From: Eledone cirrhosa
Taxonomy: Eukaryota
Direction of reading: 5' to 3'
Assembly (NCBI GenBank): GCA_964016885.1
Contig: OZ024749.1
Coordinates: 54,870,001-54,934,000 of the forward strand
Length of the DNA stretch: 64,000 bases
A model generated the notes under the pieces. That model was not told the DNA's origin. It made no database searches and saw only the letters and a program-made list of their open reading frames with translations. This document shows, one piece after another, positions 15,345-33,714 of this stretch (position 1 is its first letter; the number at the start of each line of letters is the position of its first letter). A program made the translations under genes and the position numbers.

Positions 15345-15760
15345 AACACAGATGTGTACATATATATAATGTGTGTTTGTGTAAATATACATGCATATAT
15401 ATATATATGTGTGTGTGTGTGTAAATATACATGCATATATATATTTGTGTGTAATTGTGTGTGTGTGTGTAAATATACATGCATATATGTGTGTTTGTGT
15501 GTGTAAATATACATGCATATATGTGTGTGTGTGTAAATATACATGCATATATATATATATATATGTGTGTGTGTATATATATGATTATATGTATATATAT
15601 ATATGTAAATATACATGCGTGTATATATGATTATATGTGTATATATATGTGTATATATATGATTATATGTGTATATATATGTATATATATATGTGTGTGT
15701 ATATATGTGTGTTTATATATGTGTGTGTATATATGTGTATATATATGTGTGTGTGTGTGA
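15345..15760. repeat. Minisatellite of gtgtaaatatacatgcatatat units within TA/TG microsatellite
   Basis: About 6 recurrences of gtaaatatacatgc. Confidence 0.85.
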
Positions 15761-15765
15761 GTAAA

Positions 15766-15857
15766 AGGTTAAAGTTAAATCTTCCCTCCAAGTTGTTACT
15801 ACACAGATATCTATATCTGTGTAGTAACAACTTGGAGGGAAGATTTAACTTTAACCT
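15766..15857. repeat. Perfect inverted repeat, 45-bp arms with 2-nt spacer
   Basis: aggttaaagttaaatcttccctccaagttgttactacacagatat-ct-atatctgtgtagtaacaacttggagggaagatttaactttaacct. Confidence 0.97.
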
Positions 15858-16089
15858 ACTACATTGGTCTCCAGTACATTATCGGGTATATATTGTTTTA
15901 TAGATTTCGTAACAAATTAAAAGAAAGGAGACCATGTGTGTTTAAGGGGGGCACTGAACCTCATAATACATCATGAAGTCAAGTTTAGCTCTTACACTTG
16001 AGCGGACGATAAATAAAGTACTAGGACCCATTCTTATATCTTCCCTTCTTACTTTCTTTTAACCGTCTCCCTTCGCCAATGTCTATCTG

Positions 16090-16155
<66 letters not shown>

Positions 16156-16340
16156 CCTTTCTCTCTCTCTCTCTAGGCTACGTACCTGTGCGAGAAGCCC
16201 CCTTCCTTTCTTCAAAGTGACAACCATTTCTAAAAACATAAAAAAGAGGCAAACAAATGGTATGTTATCAGGGCCCTCCGACGACGGAAGATTATCTTGT
16301 GCAACACAGAACGGAAATTAAGAGTATGTATATATGTATG

Positions 16341-16389
<49 letters not shown>

Positions 16390-16674
16390 ATGTTTATATG
16401 TATCTTTATACGCACACATATACATATATACATGTTTACATATACATATGCGTGTGTGAATTTATTTATGGAAACTATATATCAATCTACACAGTGAATT
16501 ATGTACAAAAGACGAAAAATGCTTCTATTTTTCCATAGACAAGAAAACAAAGGGAGGGAACCTTCATTAAACCGAAATTCTCAACGGTTTCTTTCAATCT
16601 TGCCATTCAGCAGCTCTTTCATTTATGATAGAGAGCTGCGTGATTCCTCAGTCCCATGTTAATATGATAATACA

Positions 16675-16870
16675 CAACCATCGCATCACCACCATCAATC
16701 TTGCCACCGCCATCATCACCACTATACCACCATCATCACCATCACCACCATCACTGCTAAACTGCCATCATCACCACTATACCATCACCATCACCACCAT
16801 CACTGCTAAACTGCCATCATCACCACTATATCACCACCATCACCACTATACTACCATCATCACCAACACT
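16675..16870. repeat. Degenerate (CAC/CAT)n trinucleotide repeat
   Basis: Direct inspection; includes an internal duplication of catcactgctaaactgccatcatcaccactat. Confidence 0.9.
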
Positions 16871-17802
16871 ATGTTGATTATCGTACTTGACTCCCAGAGA
16901 ATGCCTGATATCATATCAGAAGAGCTATCAGTAGACACACTCTCTATTCAGGTTTACATTGAAATATGTCCAAATTCCTTAAACGCATGGAATATTTTGC
17001 GACAATTTCCCCATGGTTGTTCTATTATTAAAGTCGCATATTATTAGCTTGTCAATTTTCAAAAGGTTTCGTTCAGTAACGTTGGACTTGGATACATAGA
17101 ACATCATTATCTCATGTTATTTCTAAGACCGTAAACCATACATTTTCTCTATTTGCCAACATATTTCTTTCTTCTTTTTTCTTTTCTTTTTTCTTTTTTT
17201 TCTTTTCTTTTCTTTTCTTTTCTTTTCTTCCCTTCTTTTCTTTTCCTTGTTGGTTTGTTAGTTAATGTGTTTTTAGTTCATTCATAGAAAAGATATTAAC
17301 CTGCTACTGAATATATACATTCAGGCAACATTAAATTCCGTGCAGATTATTGTATCGTAAGATTTCCATTTATTTATATTTCAGAGACTTTCTCGTCGTA
17401 ATATAACAAATATAGGAAGAAGGACAAAGTGCTAGAGCAAACTGCGGCATTCATTGTATTCGGAATGTAACCATTTGACCAATGTAAATTTAGGAAAATA
17501 TCATTATCGTTATTATCTTCGATTTGTTAAGGCGGTCAGTTGGCAGACGCAGCACATCTATGCATACAGAATAATAGTGCGGTACATTCCCTTCGTTAAA
17601 GTGTAAGCTGGGAGATCTCTACGATTTAGGCAGCTTTGCCTTTCGTAACAAGCAGCGTTAATGAAAACCAGGATTAACTGGAGATTTACGTTCACAATAC
17701 ACAAGAAAACGTGCTCTCGTCTAACTCTCGCATCCTTACACTATTTACATTTGCTTCCGTGTCTTCTGAACTTGAATTATTTCTGGAATTCGTTTCGCAT
17801 TT

Positions 17803-17859
<57 letters not shown>

Positions 17860-18999
17860 TGAACTGTTGTATTTTACTCTGGGCGGTAATGTATTAACAT
17901 ATCGCTCTATTGAGTGCTTTGTGATTGCCTCAAACAACTCGATTAGTGCCTGCTATATGGCATCTACAACTTCGATTCATATCTTCTCTATCTCTCTTTA
18001 TCTCTTCTCTATCTCTCTTTATATCTCTCTCTCTCTCTCTCTCTCTGTACATGTATATATGCACACACACACAGACACAGAGAGAAAGTATATATATATA
18101 TATATATAAAGAATATATATATATATAAACAAAGTATATATATATATACTTTCTTTACCCACCTGAGGGTATTCTCCTTCAATGGTATTAGTCAATTGTA
18201 TTGGCCGTAGTATATTACCGGATATACACGTATATTTCATCGATCACCTTAACATACCAAATTCAGAATGGCCATTAGTGTAAGGCTATTTCTGTTCAAA
18301 TAGAGCCGTTTTCACCTCACCTTTATACTAAATTTTACTGATATGGATTCGGTTTCACCGAGGTTATAGTAAAAGACTCGGGCCTAAATCAAGCCATCTT
18401 TCTTCGTTTAGATAAAAAGTCATGAACACCAGCTTATTGGGGGGTTTTAATGTAGCTAATGGCAATGTAATGATTGGAATCGCCAGGAATTTGTCTTTGT
18501 GCATAATCAAAAGAAATCAATATTTTTGTATAAAGTACCAAACTTCTGTGTTCAATTCCCTGTCGATTTCATTCATCCCCGAAGCCAGTGGAGAACGATA
18601 AGAATGGTGCTAACTCATATTACGTTCTTTGTTTAAAGTAAAAGAATTTTATCTAGGAAGGGAATCAATGATTCATTATGTGGAAGCGGCCATGTAAGCA
18701 AGATGAATGTAATACCGGACTAAATACCATTCTTTATTTTAATTTAGTGTATTTTGATATCAAACTTTCTTACAACTATGTATTTAAATTTGTATTTCTA
18801 TTTCTTTACATTTGATATCGCTACTTGGCTGTTTGGAGTATAACCATGGCCCCCACCTCTCCGTTTTGACACTACCGTCTTAGCACTAGTTAGCTTTAGT
18901 AGAGGTTTAAAATTTCATCCCGCAATTGAGTGTGCTACTCTCCATCTCCTGAATAAGCTTTATCTGACCTTATCCATCACTATAGGTGAGACAGCAAGC

Positions 19000-19330
19000 A
19001 CAACTTCACCCCAACATTCTCTGTGTCCCCATCAATGTTTGTAGATCATCCTTTTCAATTCCAGTGTCTCTTGCTATAGTATCTTGGTATCCGATCTTTC
19101 TGGTAGAGAAAATCTCCTACATCAAAAGGTTTGAAACCATCTCATTTTTTGCTCGAAAGCGGTGACCTGCAAATATTTTTATGACGCTTTGTCAGTCGTG
19201 CACTTTGGGAGTTTTCCGTATATCTGATTAAGTGTGGGATGTGTCTGCCAAGGAATATTTTGAGCTTTTCTCAGAAAGGTAGTGTAACATCCATCTAAAT
19301 GGATACAGAGGAGGATATGCTCTAGTGTTG
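19000..19330 (-). mobile_element. Decayed 3' end of an RTE/RTEX-clade LINE ORF
   Basis: Minus strand: LDGCYTTFLRKAQNIPWQTHPTLNQIYGKLPK, then after frameshifts AGHRFRAKNEMVSNLLM and KIGYQDTIARDTGIEKDDLQTLMG. This matches the typical RTE C-terminal region. Confidence 0.75.
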
Positions 19331-19930
19331 TTCTAAACAAGCTTTAGAAAAAAAATATATTAAGATATATAATATTTACGAGTATATACTAAACCATCTT
19401 CATTCATATGCATAGCAACGAAATGTTAGTTTATAACATGTCTGGGAAAGACTTACGTAATGCAATCAGCATGTATACTAATATACATGCTGATTGCGGC
19501 CAACTCATTAAATGTATGTGTACGAGGACGAGGAATTATTTTTGTATAATATCAATATCTTTTCATGAAATTCTGAGATTTCGTACAAGATACGTATTTT
19601 CAATATTTTCACTTTCTTCAATTATTTGAGTATTTGTTTTAATGTTAAAAAATAATCGAAATCTTAATTTAAAAAAAAAGTAGGACTACCTGAGTGTATG
19701 GAGACAAACTTACGCAAGATAACACGTAATAGGACCAGTCGTGGGTCTGCAAGATTTTAAAGCGAAGTTCCTAACCATTTGGTCGTGGTTCACACCACAC
19801 ACGCACTGTAATAAATATATTAAATCTCCAAAATATGTATGTCACGTTTCTGAATTCTAAAACCCAATCGGAGTTGATTATTATTTTCCTAAATCCTAGA
19901 TCTGCAATAAACAACTACTCTAATGAAAAA

Positions 19931-19961
<31 letters not shown>

Positions 19962-20750
19962 TTAATTACTACTTTCTTGTATTTCAAGACAATTTTAGAG
20001 ATGTGCCAAGTTACTGGAAATAAGTCCAATCTAAAGATTTCGGAATAAATATAGCCTCAATCTATTCAGCGAATCAATTTAAGTAGGAGTTTAATAAAAG
20101 TTCCGTAATTCAGTTTTGCGTTTGCTTCGCTAAGTCAATGATATATGTCAGTCTAAGAATATATTCTAGAACGATTATGTTCCCATATAGAAATCATTCA
20201 AAACCTACCTATTTATGAAATTCTAAATATAAACCAAACAAATGTTATCCTGACAATATAAAACAGCAAATTTTTATTTATTAGAACTCTTGCTCTGATA
20301 TTGCTAATGTGTGTGTGTGTGTGTGTGTACTAACATTTAGATATAAACACACACTTAGACGCCCACACACATGCACTTACAGACACATAGACACAAATAC
20401 ACACACACGCACAAAGACATATCTAAATGAAAATCGAACGTTATTTGATTTTAAGAGAGACAGGCAGGCCTTAGCAATTGATTTAAAACGACGGCAAATG
20501 AAAATGGAATGTGAAGTTGTCGGAACAAGATGTCGAAATGAGATGTCCGTCTTTATGATTCTAGTTATTATGTTAGTAGGTCTTTATCAATATATTACAT
20601 TTACGACAGCCTGTTAACAGGAAGAGTGTTCTGGTTTTGTCAGAGACATCAAAACAAACTTATCACATATCGAAAGAACAGAAAGAAATATCAAATCACG
20701 TGTTCCAATTTTCAGCTGGACAAGAAGGTAATTATATATATATATGTGTG

Positions 20751-20783
<33 letters not shown>

Positions 20784-21637
20784 ATATATATATACAATCA
20801 CATACATTTCAATTACTACCTACCTTAATATAAACTTATCAACGGAACACCAATGAGTACATCAAGCAACATATCAAACTGTCAAAGTGTCTTTCTACCT
20901 ATGTACCTACGTATATGTGTATTATATAAATATATTATATATATATATAATGTTTTATCTGTATAAATACAATGTGAGTAACCGAGTCTGCACAAACGTC
21001 TATGAATATATACACATATCTAATAGTTAAACTTGTAAACATGCCAATATTGGACCCTCATCAGAACTGTCTGTCTGTGTATCCAGCTATCTATCTACGT
21101 ATGTTTCTATCTATTTATCTATAACCGTGTATGTGTGTGTGTCTGTGTGTGTGTGCGTGTGAAAGTGAGAGAGACGATGTCATCCGTTTTTTTCCGCACG
21201 TACAAGTTTTTGAACTTAACGTTTCACCAAATATAATTTGATTAAACACGTACCAGACACAGAAACACTAGACCTATAGGATGGAGAAAGTCCTCAGACT
21301 AGAAAGAATATATAACTTCAAATATACACAACACCACATATACGTAAATCAAACACATGTTTGGATGGAGATCGAGAAATGTTAGAAACAGTATGAATAT
21401 ATGTACACGCATACGCACACACACGCACACGCTCACGCACGCGCTCACACACACTCACACACACTCACACACTCTATTTCTCACTCTCACTCACTCACAC
21501 ACAATCTCTCACTCACTCACACACTATCTCTCTCTCTCTCACTCACTCACACACTATCTCTCTCTCTCTCTCTCACACACATACATATCTGTATGAGGTT
21601 GTATACAAACACATATTGATATTCTGTCTCTATTATA

Positions 21638-21673
<36 letters not shown>

Positions 21674-21674
<1 letters not shown>

Positions 21675-21867
21675 GTATGCAGGATATCCGTAAACAAAAA
21701 GCCAAGGAAAACAACGCTCAGTCTAGTACAAGAGAGCTTATTTAGTATATATTAAAATTTGATACACCTAATATATGTGCGACCTGCGGTTTCGGGTTCC
21801 AGTTATGGCCACTACTCTATAGTAGAGGGTCCCTACTAATAGTGTCCCCTCTCATCATGCGCAAGGG

Positions 21868-21870
<3 letters not shown>
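21674..21870 (-). mobile_element. Penelope-like pLTR remnant in (TA)n with type I hammerhead having a long stem II (21776-21863)
   Basis: Minus strand: tgcgc-aTGATGAG-[about 55-nt hairpin]-cccGAAAC-cgcag-GTC-gcaca. Stem I pairs 4 of 5 and stem III is ACC/GGT. Followed by an AATAAG and a pyrimidine-rich tail, with (TA)n on both sides. Confidence 0.65.
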
Positions 21871-21902
<32 letters not shown>

Positions 21903-22264
21903 ATATGTTTATGTGCATATTCACATTAATTTGTGTGTGTGTGTCTGTGTGTGTTTGTGAAATTTTGTGTGTTTGATGCTGTTTTATATGTGTGTATATG
22001 TTTGTACATATCAGCTAGGTTTCATTATGCGGAGATATAATTGTGAGTATGAGTGTGCAGCCTATATGTGTGTGTGTGTGTGTGTGAGTATGCGGCGTAT
22101 GTATGTGTTGTGTGTGTTTGCATGTTTGCATTCATCATGGAATGAATAATATATCTTTACATGTTGTTAGGGAATTTCTAAACTTGACAATATACATGAT
22201 TGTATCTCTCTCTTTCTCTCTCTGTATGTGTATATATACACACACGCACACGCACACGCACACG

Positions 22265-22309
<45 letters not shown>

Positions 22310-22472
22310 GGGTCTGTGTGTGATGTTTCTGATATAGGGGGATAGTGTTTATATGTATATGCATCATTACATATGTATGTGTCTATACGTGTGTGTGTGT
22401 GTGAATTTATATATATATATATCTAAGTATACAAATATTAGTGAGAGTGTGTATGCACGCGAGCTCATAAAT

Positions 22473-22510
<38 letters not shown>

Positions 22511-22879
22511 GTATCTATATATATATATATATATATATATGTATCTATATATATATATATAAAATTAGCTATAAAAGCAACAACAACAGGGGAAGATTTA
22601 TTAAGAAAAATTCAACAGAAGACCGAATAGAAAACTAAAGAATATGAAGAAAAGCGATAATAAAAGAGCCTGGAAGAAGCGACATCCCATCAGGCGAACC
22701 TTAATATGTAAATAACTGGAGGGCGATTTACAAATGTACGTAGATTAGCGACAAGCTTGGGGAATCATTGCAATGATATTCACAAGAATTTAGCTGGAGG
22801 ACGTTAATGTGTGTGCATATATATATATAATTCATATGTGTAAACATATATATACATATATATGTCTTTGGAAATTTAT

Positions 22880-22881
22880 GA

Positions 22882-22932
<51 letters not shown>

Positions 22933-23190
22933 AGTATATATATGTGTGTGTGTGTGTGAGTATATGTGTCTGAGTATATGTATGTGTGAGTATATTTGTC
23001 TGAGTATATATGTGTGAGTATATGTGTGTGTGAGTATATATATATGTGTGTGTGAGTATATATGTGTGTGTGTGTGTGTGAGTATATGTGTGTGTGAGTA
23101 TATATGTGTGTGTGTGTGTGAGTATATGTGTGTGTCAGTATATATGTGTGTGTGTGTGTGTGAGTATATGTGTGTGTCAGTATATATATA
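22880..23190. repeat. Compound (TG)n-agta(TA)n minisatellite
   Basis: Direct inspection. Confidence 0.9.
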
Positions 23191-23283
23191 TCTAACTCTT
23201 TCTATATATATATTTATGTATAAACATGAAGAGAAATAGAATGAAAAAGAAAGTGAGTGTTAGTTCGATGGGTAAATAAATTA

Positions 23284-23325
<42 letters not shown>

Positions 23326-23502
23326 TGTGTGTATGTATGTGTGTGTGTGTGTGTGTAAATAATTCCAAATGTATATATCTGATAAGATGTAATTGTGGAA
23401 TTGCTTGTTTGCTCTATCCGTATGGAATACTCAGAAATGAGGTAATACTAAAGCAAATACACAAATACACCAGTCCATGTGCACATGTCGAAAAGACATA
23501 AG

Positions 23503-24715
23503 CATGTATATATACAAATATATATACATATGTATATATAATATATATGTCTTCGTGTATATATGTATGTGTATATATATGTATGTGGATATATATATAT
23601 ATATATATATGTATGTGGATATACGTGTGGATATATATATATATATATGTGGATATATATATATATGTATGTGGATATATATATATATATGTATGTGGAT
23701 ATATGTGTGTATATATATATATGTATGTGGATATATGTGTGTATATATATATATATATGTATGTGTGTATATATATATATGTATGTGTATATATGTGTAT
23801 ATATATATATGTATGTGTATATATGTATGTGTATATATGTGTGTATATATATATATGTATGTGTATATATGTGTGTATATATATATATGTATGTGGATAT
23901 ATGTGTGTATATATATATATATGTATGTGTGTATATATGTGTGTGTATATATATATATATGTATGTGTGTATATATGTATGTGTATATATGTGTATATAT
24001 ATATATATGTATGTGTATATATGTATGTGTATATATGTGTGTATATATATATATGTATGTGTATATATGTGTGTATATATATATATGTATGTGTATATAT
24101 GTGTGTATATATGTATATATGTGTGTGTATATATATATATATGTGTATATATGTGTGTGTGTGTATATATGTGTGTATATATGTGTATATATGTGTGTGT
24201 ATATATATATATATATGTGTATATATGTGTGTGTATATATATATATGTGTATATATGTGTGTGTATATATATATATATGTGTATATATGTGTGTGTATAT
24301 ATATATATATATATGTGTGTATATATATATATATATATGTGTATATATATATATATATGTGTATATATGTGTGTATATATATATATATATGTGTATATAT
24401 ATGTGTGTATATATGTGTGTATATATATATATGTGTATATATGTGTATATATGTGTGTGTATATATATGTGTATATATGTGTGTGTATATATATATATAA
24501 ATGTATGTGTGTATATATGTGTGTATATATATGTATGTGTGTATATATGTGTGTATATATATGTGTGTATATATATGTATGTGTATATATATATATATGT
24601 ATGTGTATATATGTGTGTGTGTATATATGTATACATGTATATCTATATGTGTATGTGTGTGTATATATATGTATATACATGTATATCTATATATGTGTAT
24701 ATATGTATACGTGTA
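23503..24715. repeat. About 1.2-kb compound (TA)/(TG) microsatellite
   Basis: Direct inspection. Confidence 0.97.
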
Positions 24716-24802
24716 CAAGAATATAGATGTATGCAATCCTCCATATCAATCATACCTCCATTCATGACAATTTGTATGCTTATAAATATTTATGTATAGC
24801 AA

Positions 24803-24846
<44 letters not shown>

Positions 24847-25679
24847 TACCTCTAAAATTATGTCACACTAACATGTAATAAACTGCTTCGCGATTGCATA
24901 TAAACACATTTATTCCGAATCGTACACACACACGTACACACACTCACACACACACACACACACTCACACACACACATACTTACACGTACACACACACACT
25001 CACACACACACACATATATTTACACGTACACACACACGTACACACACACACACACTCACACACACACACATACTTACACGTACACACACACACACACACG
25101 TACAGACGTACACACACACACGTACACATAGACAATTACACTCATATATATATGTATATATATATATATGTGTGTGTGTGTGAGTATGTGCCTATATATA
25201 CGTCTCTATATATACATATATATATGTGTTTGAAACAGTACCAATATTATAACTATATATATATATGTATGTATATATATATTCATCCACCTCCACCAAC
25301 ACACATAATCCTATATATACATATATAGCTATAATTATTTCCAACCACTGTATGAGTAAGATCTTCCAATTTCATCTATTTATATATGAAATGCTGTCAT
25401 GCGTGTTTTAATTCTCTCTCTATGATCAAGGCTTTGACCTCACAGAAGAAGATTATACACTCGCTGCCTGGTGGAGTCCATGACCTTTAACTATAGATAT
25501 ACGTTCATTGTTAGTTAGTTATAGTTAGTTCTAGTTGAAATAGTATAGAGAGAAAAAAACAACATATATAAATATATATATTTATATATATAAATATATA
25601 TATATATATATTCAAGCAGAAGTGTATATATTTATGTGTATATATACCATATATATATATATATATATATATACTTATG

Positions 25680-25949
25680 TGTGTATATATGCACATATAT
25701 TTGTATAAATTTATGCATATATATATAAATTTATATAAATATATGAGCATATGTATATATATATATATATATATATGCACATACATTTGTATAAATATGT
25801 ATATATATATATATATATACATATATATGCACATACCTTTGTATAAATATGTATATATATATATATATGCACATATATTTGTATATATATATATATATGC
25901 ACATACATTTGTATAAATATATATATATATATATATATGCACATATATT

Positions 25950-25995
<46 letters not shown>

Positions 25996-26094
25996 TATAT
26001 TTGTATATATATATATATATATGCACATATATTTGTATATATATATATATATGCACATATATTTGTATATATATATGCACATATATTTGTATAA

Positions 26095-26128
<34 letters not shown>
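25680..26128. repeat. Minisatellite of atgcacatatatttgta units separated by variable (TA)n
   Basis: About 10 recurrences of atgcacata. Confidence 0.9.
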
Positions 26129-26132
<4 letters not shown>

Positions 26133-26576
26133 AACCGCCGAAAGTTATCTGCCCCTATAATCTCACAGGGTGAAACACTTCAGGGTCTGAAGATGACTGC
26201 ATCTTAATTATTAGAATCAAGAATTAATTCCTTCAAACTTCACTCAACTATTAGTCAGTTATAAATTATCCCTATACAACTATATATTAATTTCATCAGT
26301 GATTCATGTATTATTTCCCTTGTTTGTTCTGTTAATGATTAACTTGTTTAGATTCCGTTTCCGCCATCTTCCATTCACATACATCTTTATATTTATTTAA
26401 TCAACCTTTCAGCTCATAAGTTAACCATTGTAACATATAGCCATTATGTTTTCTACGTCTATCTCGAAACATCTTGCAAACTTTTATTCAAATCTCTGTC
26501 ACTCTCATCTCTCTCTCACTCTCATCTCTCTCTCACTCTCACTCTCTCTCACTCCCACTCTCTCTCTTTCTCTCTC

Positions 26577-26626
<50 letters not shown>

Positions 26627-26908
26627 TGTTTGTGCGTGTGTATGTCTATATATAGTGGTAATAACTATTTACATATATACAGTAGTAACTCGATAGCGAA
26701 TGATGGATGGATGGATAGCTAAATAGATAGATGGATAGATGGATCGATAAGTCGATAGATGGTTAGATAAGTCGATCATCATTATCTTCATTGCGAATAT
26801 AGTCGAATATTCCTGACTAAGTCTCTCCACATTTTACGATTTTTGCGCAGCCCTCAACCATATATCCCTTCCATATACTGTACCGATTGTGTTTTTATTT
26901 CTGTTTAC

Positions 26909-27650
<742 letters not shown>

Positions 27651-27652
27651 TG

Positions 27653-30688
<3,036 letters not shown>

Positions 30689-31494
30689 CCGACCGCACTG
30701 AATACTAAATAAAGTTTGAAATAATGTAAGCACGATAAAAATAAAGATTTTCAATTTTATCAAATTTTCAATCAAATATTTCTACTAGAAAGTGTCTGTG
30801 CAAGGTAACTATATCTGTCGCTCTAGGTGGTACACCCACCCACCTCCTGCCACCACTCACACGCACACGCACACGCACACACACGCGCACGCACACGCAC
30901 ACACTCTCACAGACAGACACTGTCACACACTCTCACATACACTCACACACACTCACACACACTCACACAGACACCCACATATCCACGTAGGCGTGTGTGT
31001 GTTGAATATGACACACTCTCAATACAACTAATGCAACTAAATATTATGAGAGAGAAGGCGGCAGCTATTACAGTATTCGTGCAGATATTACAGTTGTTAG
31101 TTCGTTTAAGCCGTTATATTTTCTGGATGGGTGAAATTACAGTTCCACTGGGACCTCATATTCCGATGGAAAAACTAAAGCTTTTCATTTGGCGCCGTAA
31201 AACCTTGTCAAATCACGACGCCTTGTCACTTTGAGCTGTTAAATCTTCGCGGTTCATTGAAAGTCTTGTCAACATAATATCAAAAGTTAAAACAAAACGT
31301 GTCTTAAATATAGAAGGGTGTGTAATCTATTTGTTCATTGATCTATATTGTATTTAGCAATATTTGATTGATGTCATGTTTTTAGACACAATCCAACAAG
31401 GAGAATACTTCTAAACTAATCGCGAAGATGGATTTAATCGCCCAGATTTAAGAAGATGAAATAAAATAAAGATTATATTTTAGTGTCAATTAAA

Positions 31495-31640
31495 TCGAAT
31501 CATTTCGGATTATTCGTAGATGATTTTTTTTTTCTTTTTTTATGTCTTTCTGTTAACTTGAAAGAAATCCAATCTTTGTAGAATAATAAATGCTGATTAT
31601 TTTTAATGTTATCGGTTAAAAGATTCTGTAGTTGTAAAAA
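31495..31640 (-). pseudogene. Possible decayed C-terminus of a Penelope GIY-YIG endonuclease
   Basis: HLLFYKDWISFKLTERHKKRKKKSSTNNPK loosely resembles the PLE ending IFPFYK...R..KE..FI.KY.P.LN. Weak match. Confidence 0.3.
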
Positions 31641-32591
31641 TCTGGCAAATGATAAGTTAAACAGGGAAAGTGAGGGAGGGGTGTGTATTGACGAGAGTGG
31701 GATAGGTGAAGCGTGATGTTGAATCGGAAAAGGACAGGTGGGGGTGTTGTGTGTGAAATACAAACGAAAGGAAGGTAGAGAAAGCTAGAATGAAATGCGA
31801 ATGTGTAAAAGATTGAAAAGGATGAAGAGTAGAAATAAATGAAACGTGAAAGAAGAAAGTGTAATAAAAAGATAAAAAACACGATAGAAAAATCGATGCG
31901 TGGCAGTATGAATCGAAGGAAAAGAAGAAAGTGAGACAAAATATGAATAAAAAGACTTAAGTTAAATAAATAAAAATGTAAGATGAAATGATGCAGACAT
32001 CTAGACAATAATGGCAGCCGTGTAAAGTCCGTCTGTGATATTTATTCCTACCATTTCTCTCAGTTCCAGATGAACATGATAACAATTTTAATCGAATGTC
32101 AGATTTTACACCTCAAGTCCAGCAAAAATAAAACAAATATAAAAGGAAAACATACATGAACAGAAAAGATTATGTGCGTATATTTTACAGGTATATTCTG
32201 TCAAAATAACGAGAGTTCTGCAACATACACTTATGATATCTGCAGATTTATCATCTGATCTGAATTTAACTTTGTATACCAACAGACAAGCTAATCTAAG
32301 AAAATACATTATCAATACAAAAAATATATATCAAATATGGAAATAGAACAGTGAAAGAAAAAGTCAATATCAAAATGAGAAACAACTAATAAAAAACAAA
32401 CAATGGTAATTCAAGCATTGAAAACTAAATCAGAAAGATTGACTAAACACATGTAAACAAAGAATATATTGACCAAACGTGGACAGACAGGAATGAAAAT
32501 ATGAATTAAAAAGACTATAATGGCCAAAGAGAAACTTCAAAAGCTGGACATCTAACATCACAAATAAAAGATTGGTATAATTGAAAATAAA

Positions 32592-32750
32592 TGCAGCAAA
32601 TTGTCAGAGTCGCTAGAACGTCAGAAAATATGCTTTGCTGTATTCTTTCCAGCTCTCTGTACTCTGAGTTCAAATCTCGCCTAGGTCAACTTTGTCTTTC
32701 ATCCTTTCGATGTCGATAAAAAATGTTCCAGTTTAGTACTGGGGTCGATT
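32592..32750 (+). mobile_element. Older SINE related to family A
   Basis: ctgagttcaaatctcgcctaggtcaactttgtctttcatcctttcgatgtcgataaaa...tactggggtcgat. Confidence 0.8.
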
Positions 32751-33477
32751 CTTCCTCTATATCTCTTTCTCACTTCATCCCGTCTCTCACTTCATCCCAT
32801 CTCTCACTTTCTATCCTTCTCTGGAAAAAAACAAAAAACAGCTGTGTTCAGAATTGAAGAGGAGATGTGGTCTGCCAGACCTCAAATTTCCCAAGAAACG
32901 CTTTATGCTACTACAGTGATTCTACGAATCCTTCAGGAGTTACAGACCATATCGTAACATAGTTGAAAATATAAAACCAACATATATTACTATAAAGCAA
33001 CGAAAATTCGCCCAAAGATGAAAAAAAGGGCCATGAATAATGAAAATGGAAATATGACTTCCGTCGATTTAATACAAACGAAAGCAATCATTACCACCAA
33101 GATAACTTTATAATTATGGTACCAGGCGAGGAATATTGAGAGGAAGACAAAGTTATTTAAATCTGTCCCAGGGCATGACTGGTACCTATTTTCAACTAAA
33201 CTATTTTGAAGTGTGTTTTTGTGTTTAGTTTCATGAGAAGACAGCTGTCTAGGGAACAGCACACGGGGACTGAAGAGTTTTATTGAGAAGCGAACCCCGT
33301 AAAGGTACGGTCATGCTTGGGCTTATATTGTACACATGATATATAAGTATACACTCACACATAAACACATACATAACTGCATACACAAATACACACATTC
33401 ACGTATAAACGCACACACAAGTATACATACGTATATGTACATATGTAAATAGAAAGGAAACATGCCTTTCGTACTCT

Positions 33478-33714
33478 CTCATATATATGTATATTTAAAC
33501 GTATTAATACATATATGTATATACAAGCACAAACACACTCATATATATATATTTAAACGTATTAATACATATATGTATATACAAGCACACACACACTCAT
33601 ACATATATATTTAAACGTATTAATACATATATGTATATACAAGCACGCACACACTCATACATATATATTTAAACGTATTAATACATATATGTATATACAA
33701 GCACACACACTCAT
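33478..33714. repeat. Tandem repeat, about 58-bp unit x4
   Basis: Unit ctcatacatatatatttaaacgtattaatacatatatgtatatacaagcacacacaca. Confidence 0.95.

Noticed and set aside
16625-17047. 140-aa His/Thr/Ile-rich ORF
   Set aside because: Driven by a CAC/CAT trinucleotide repeat; no domain recognisable.
21040-21068. CTGATGAG plus ccaatattgg palindrome on the minus strand as a hammerhead
   Set aside because: No GAAA or stem III downstream; at most a deleted remnant.
26135-26205. GAAAC and CTGAAGA close together as a hammerhead
   Set aside because: The three helices could not be built in any topology.
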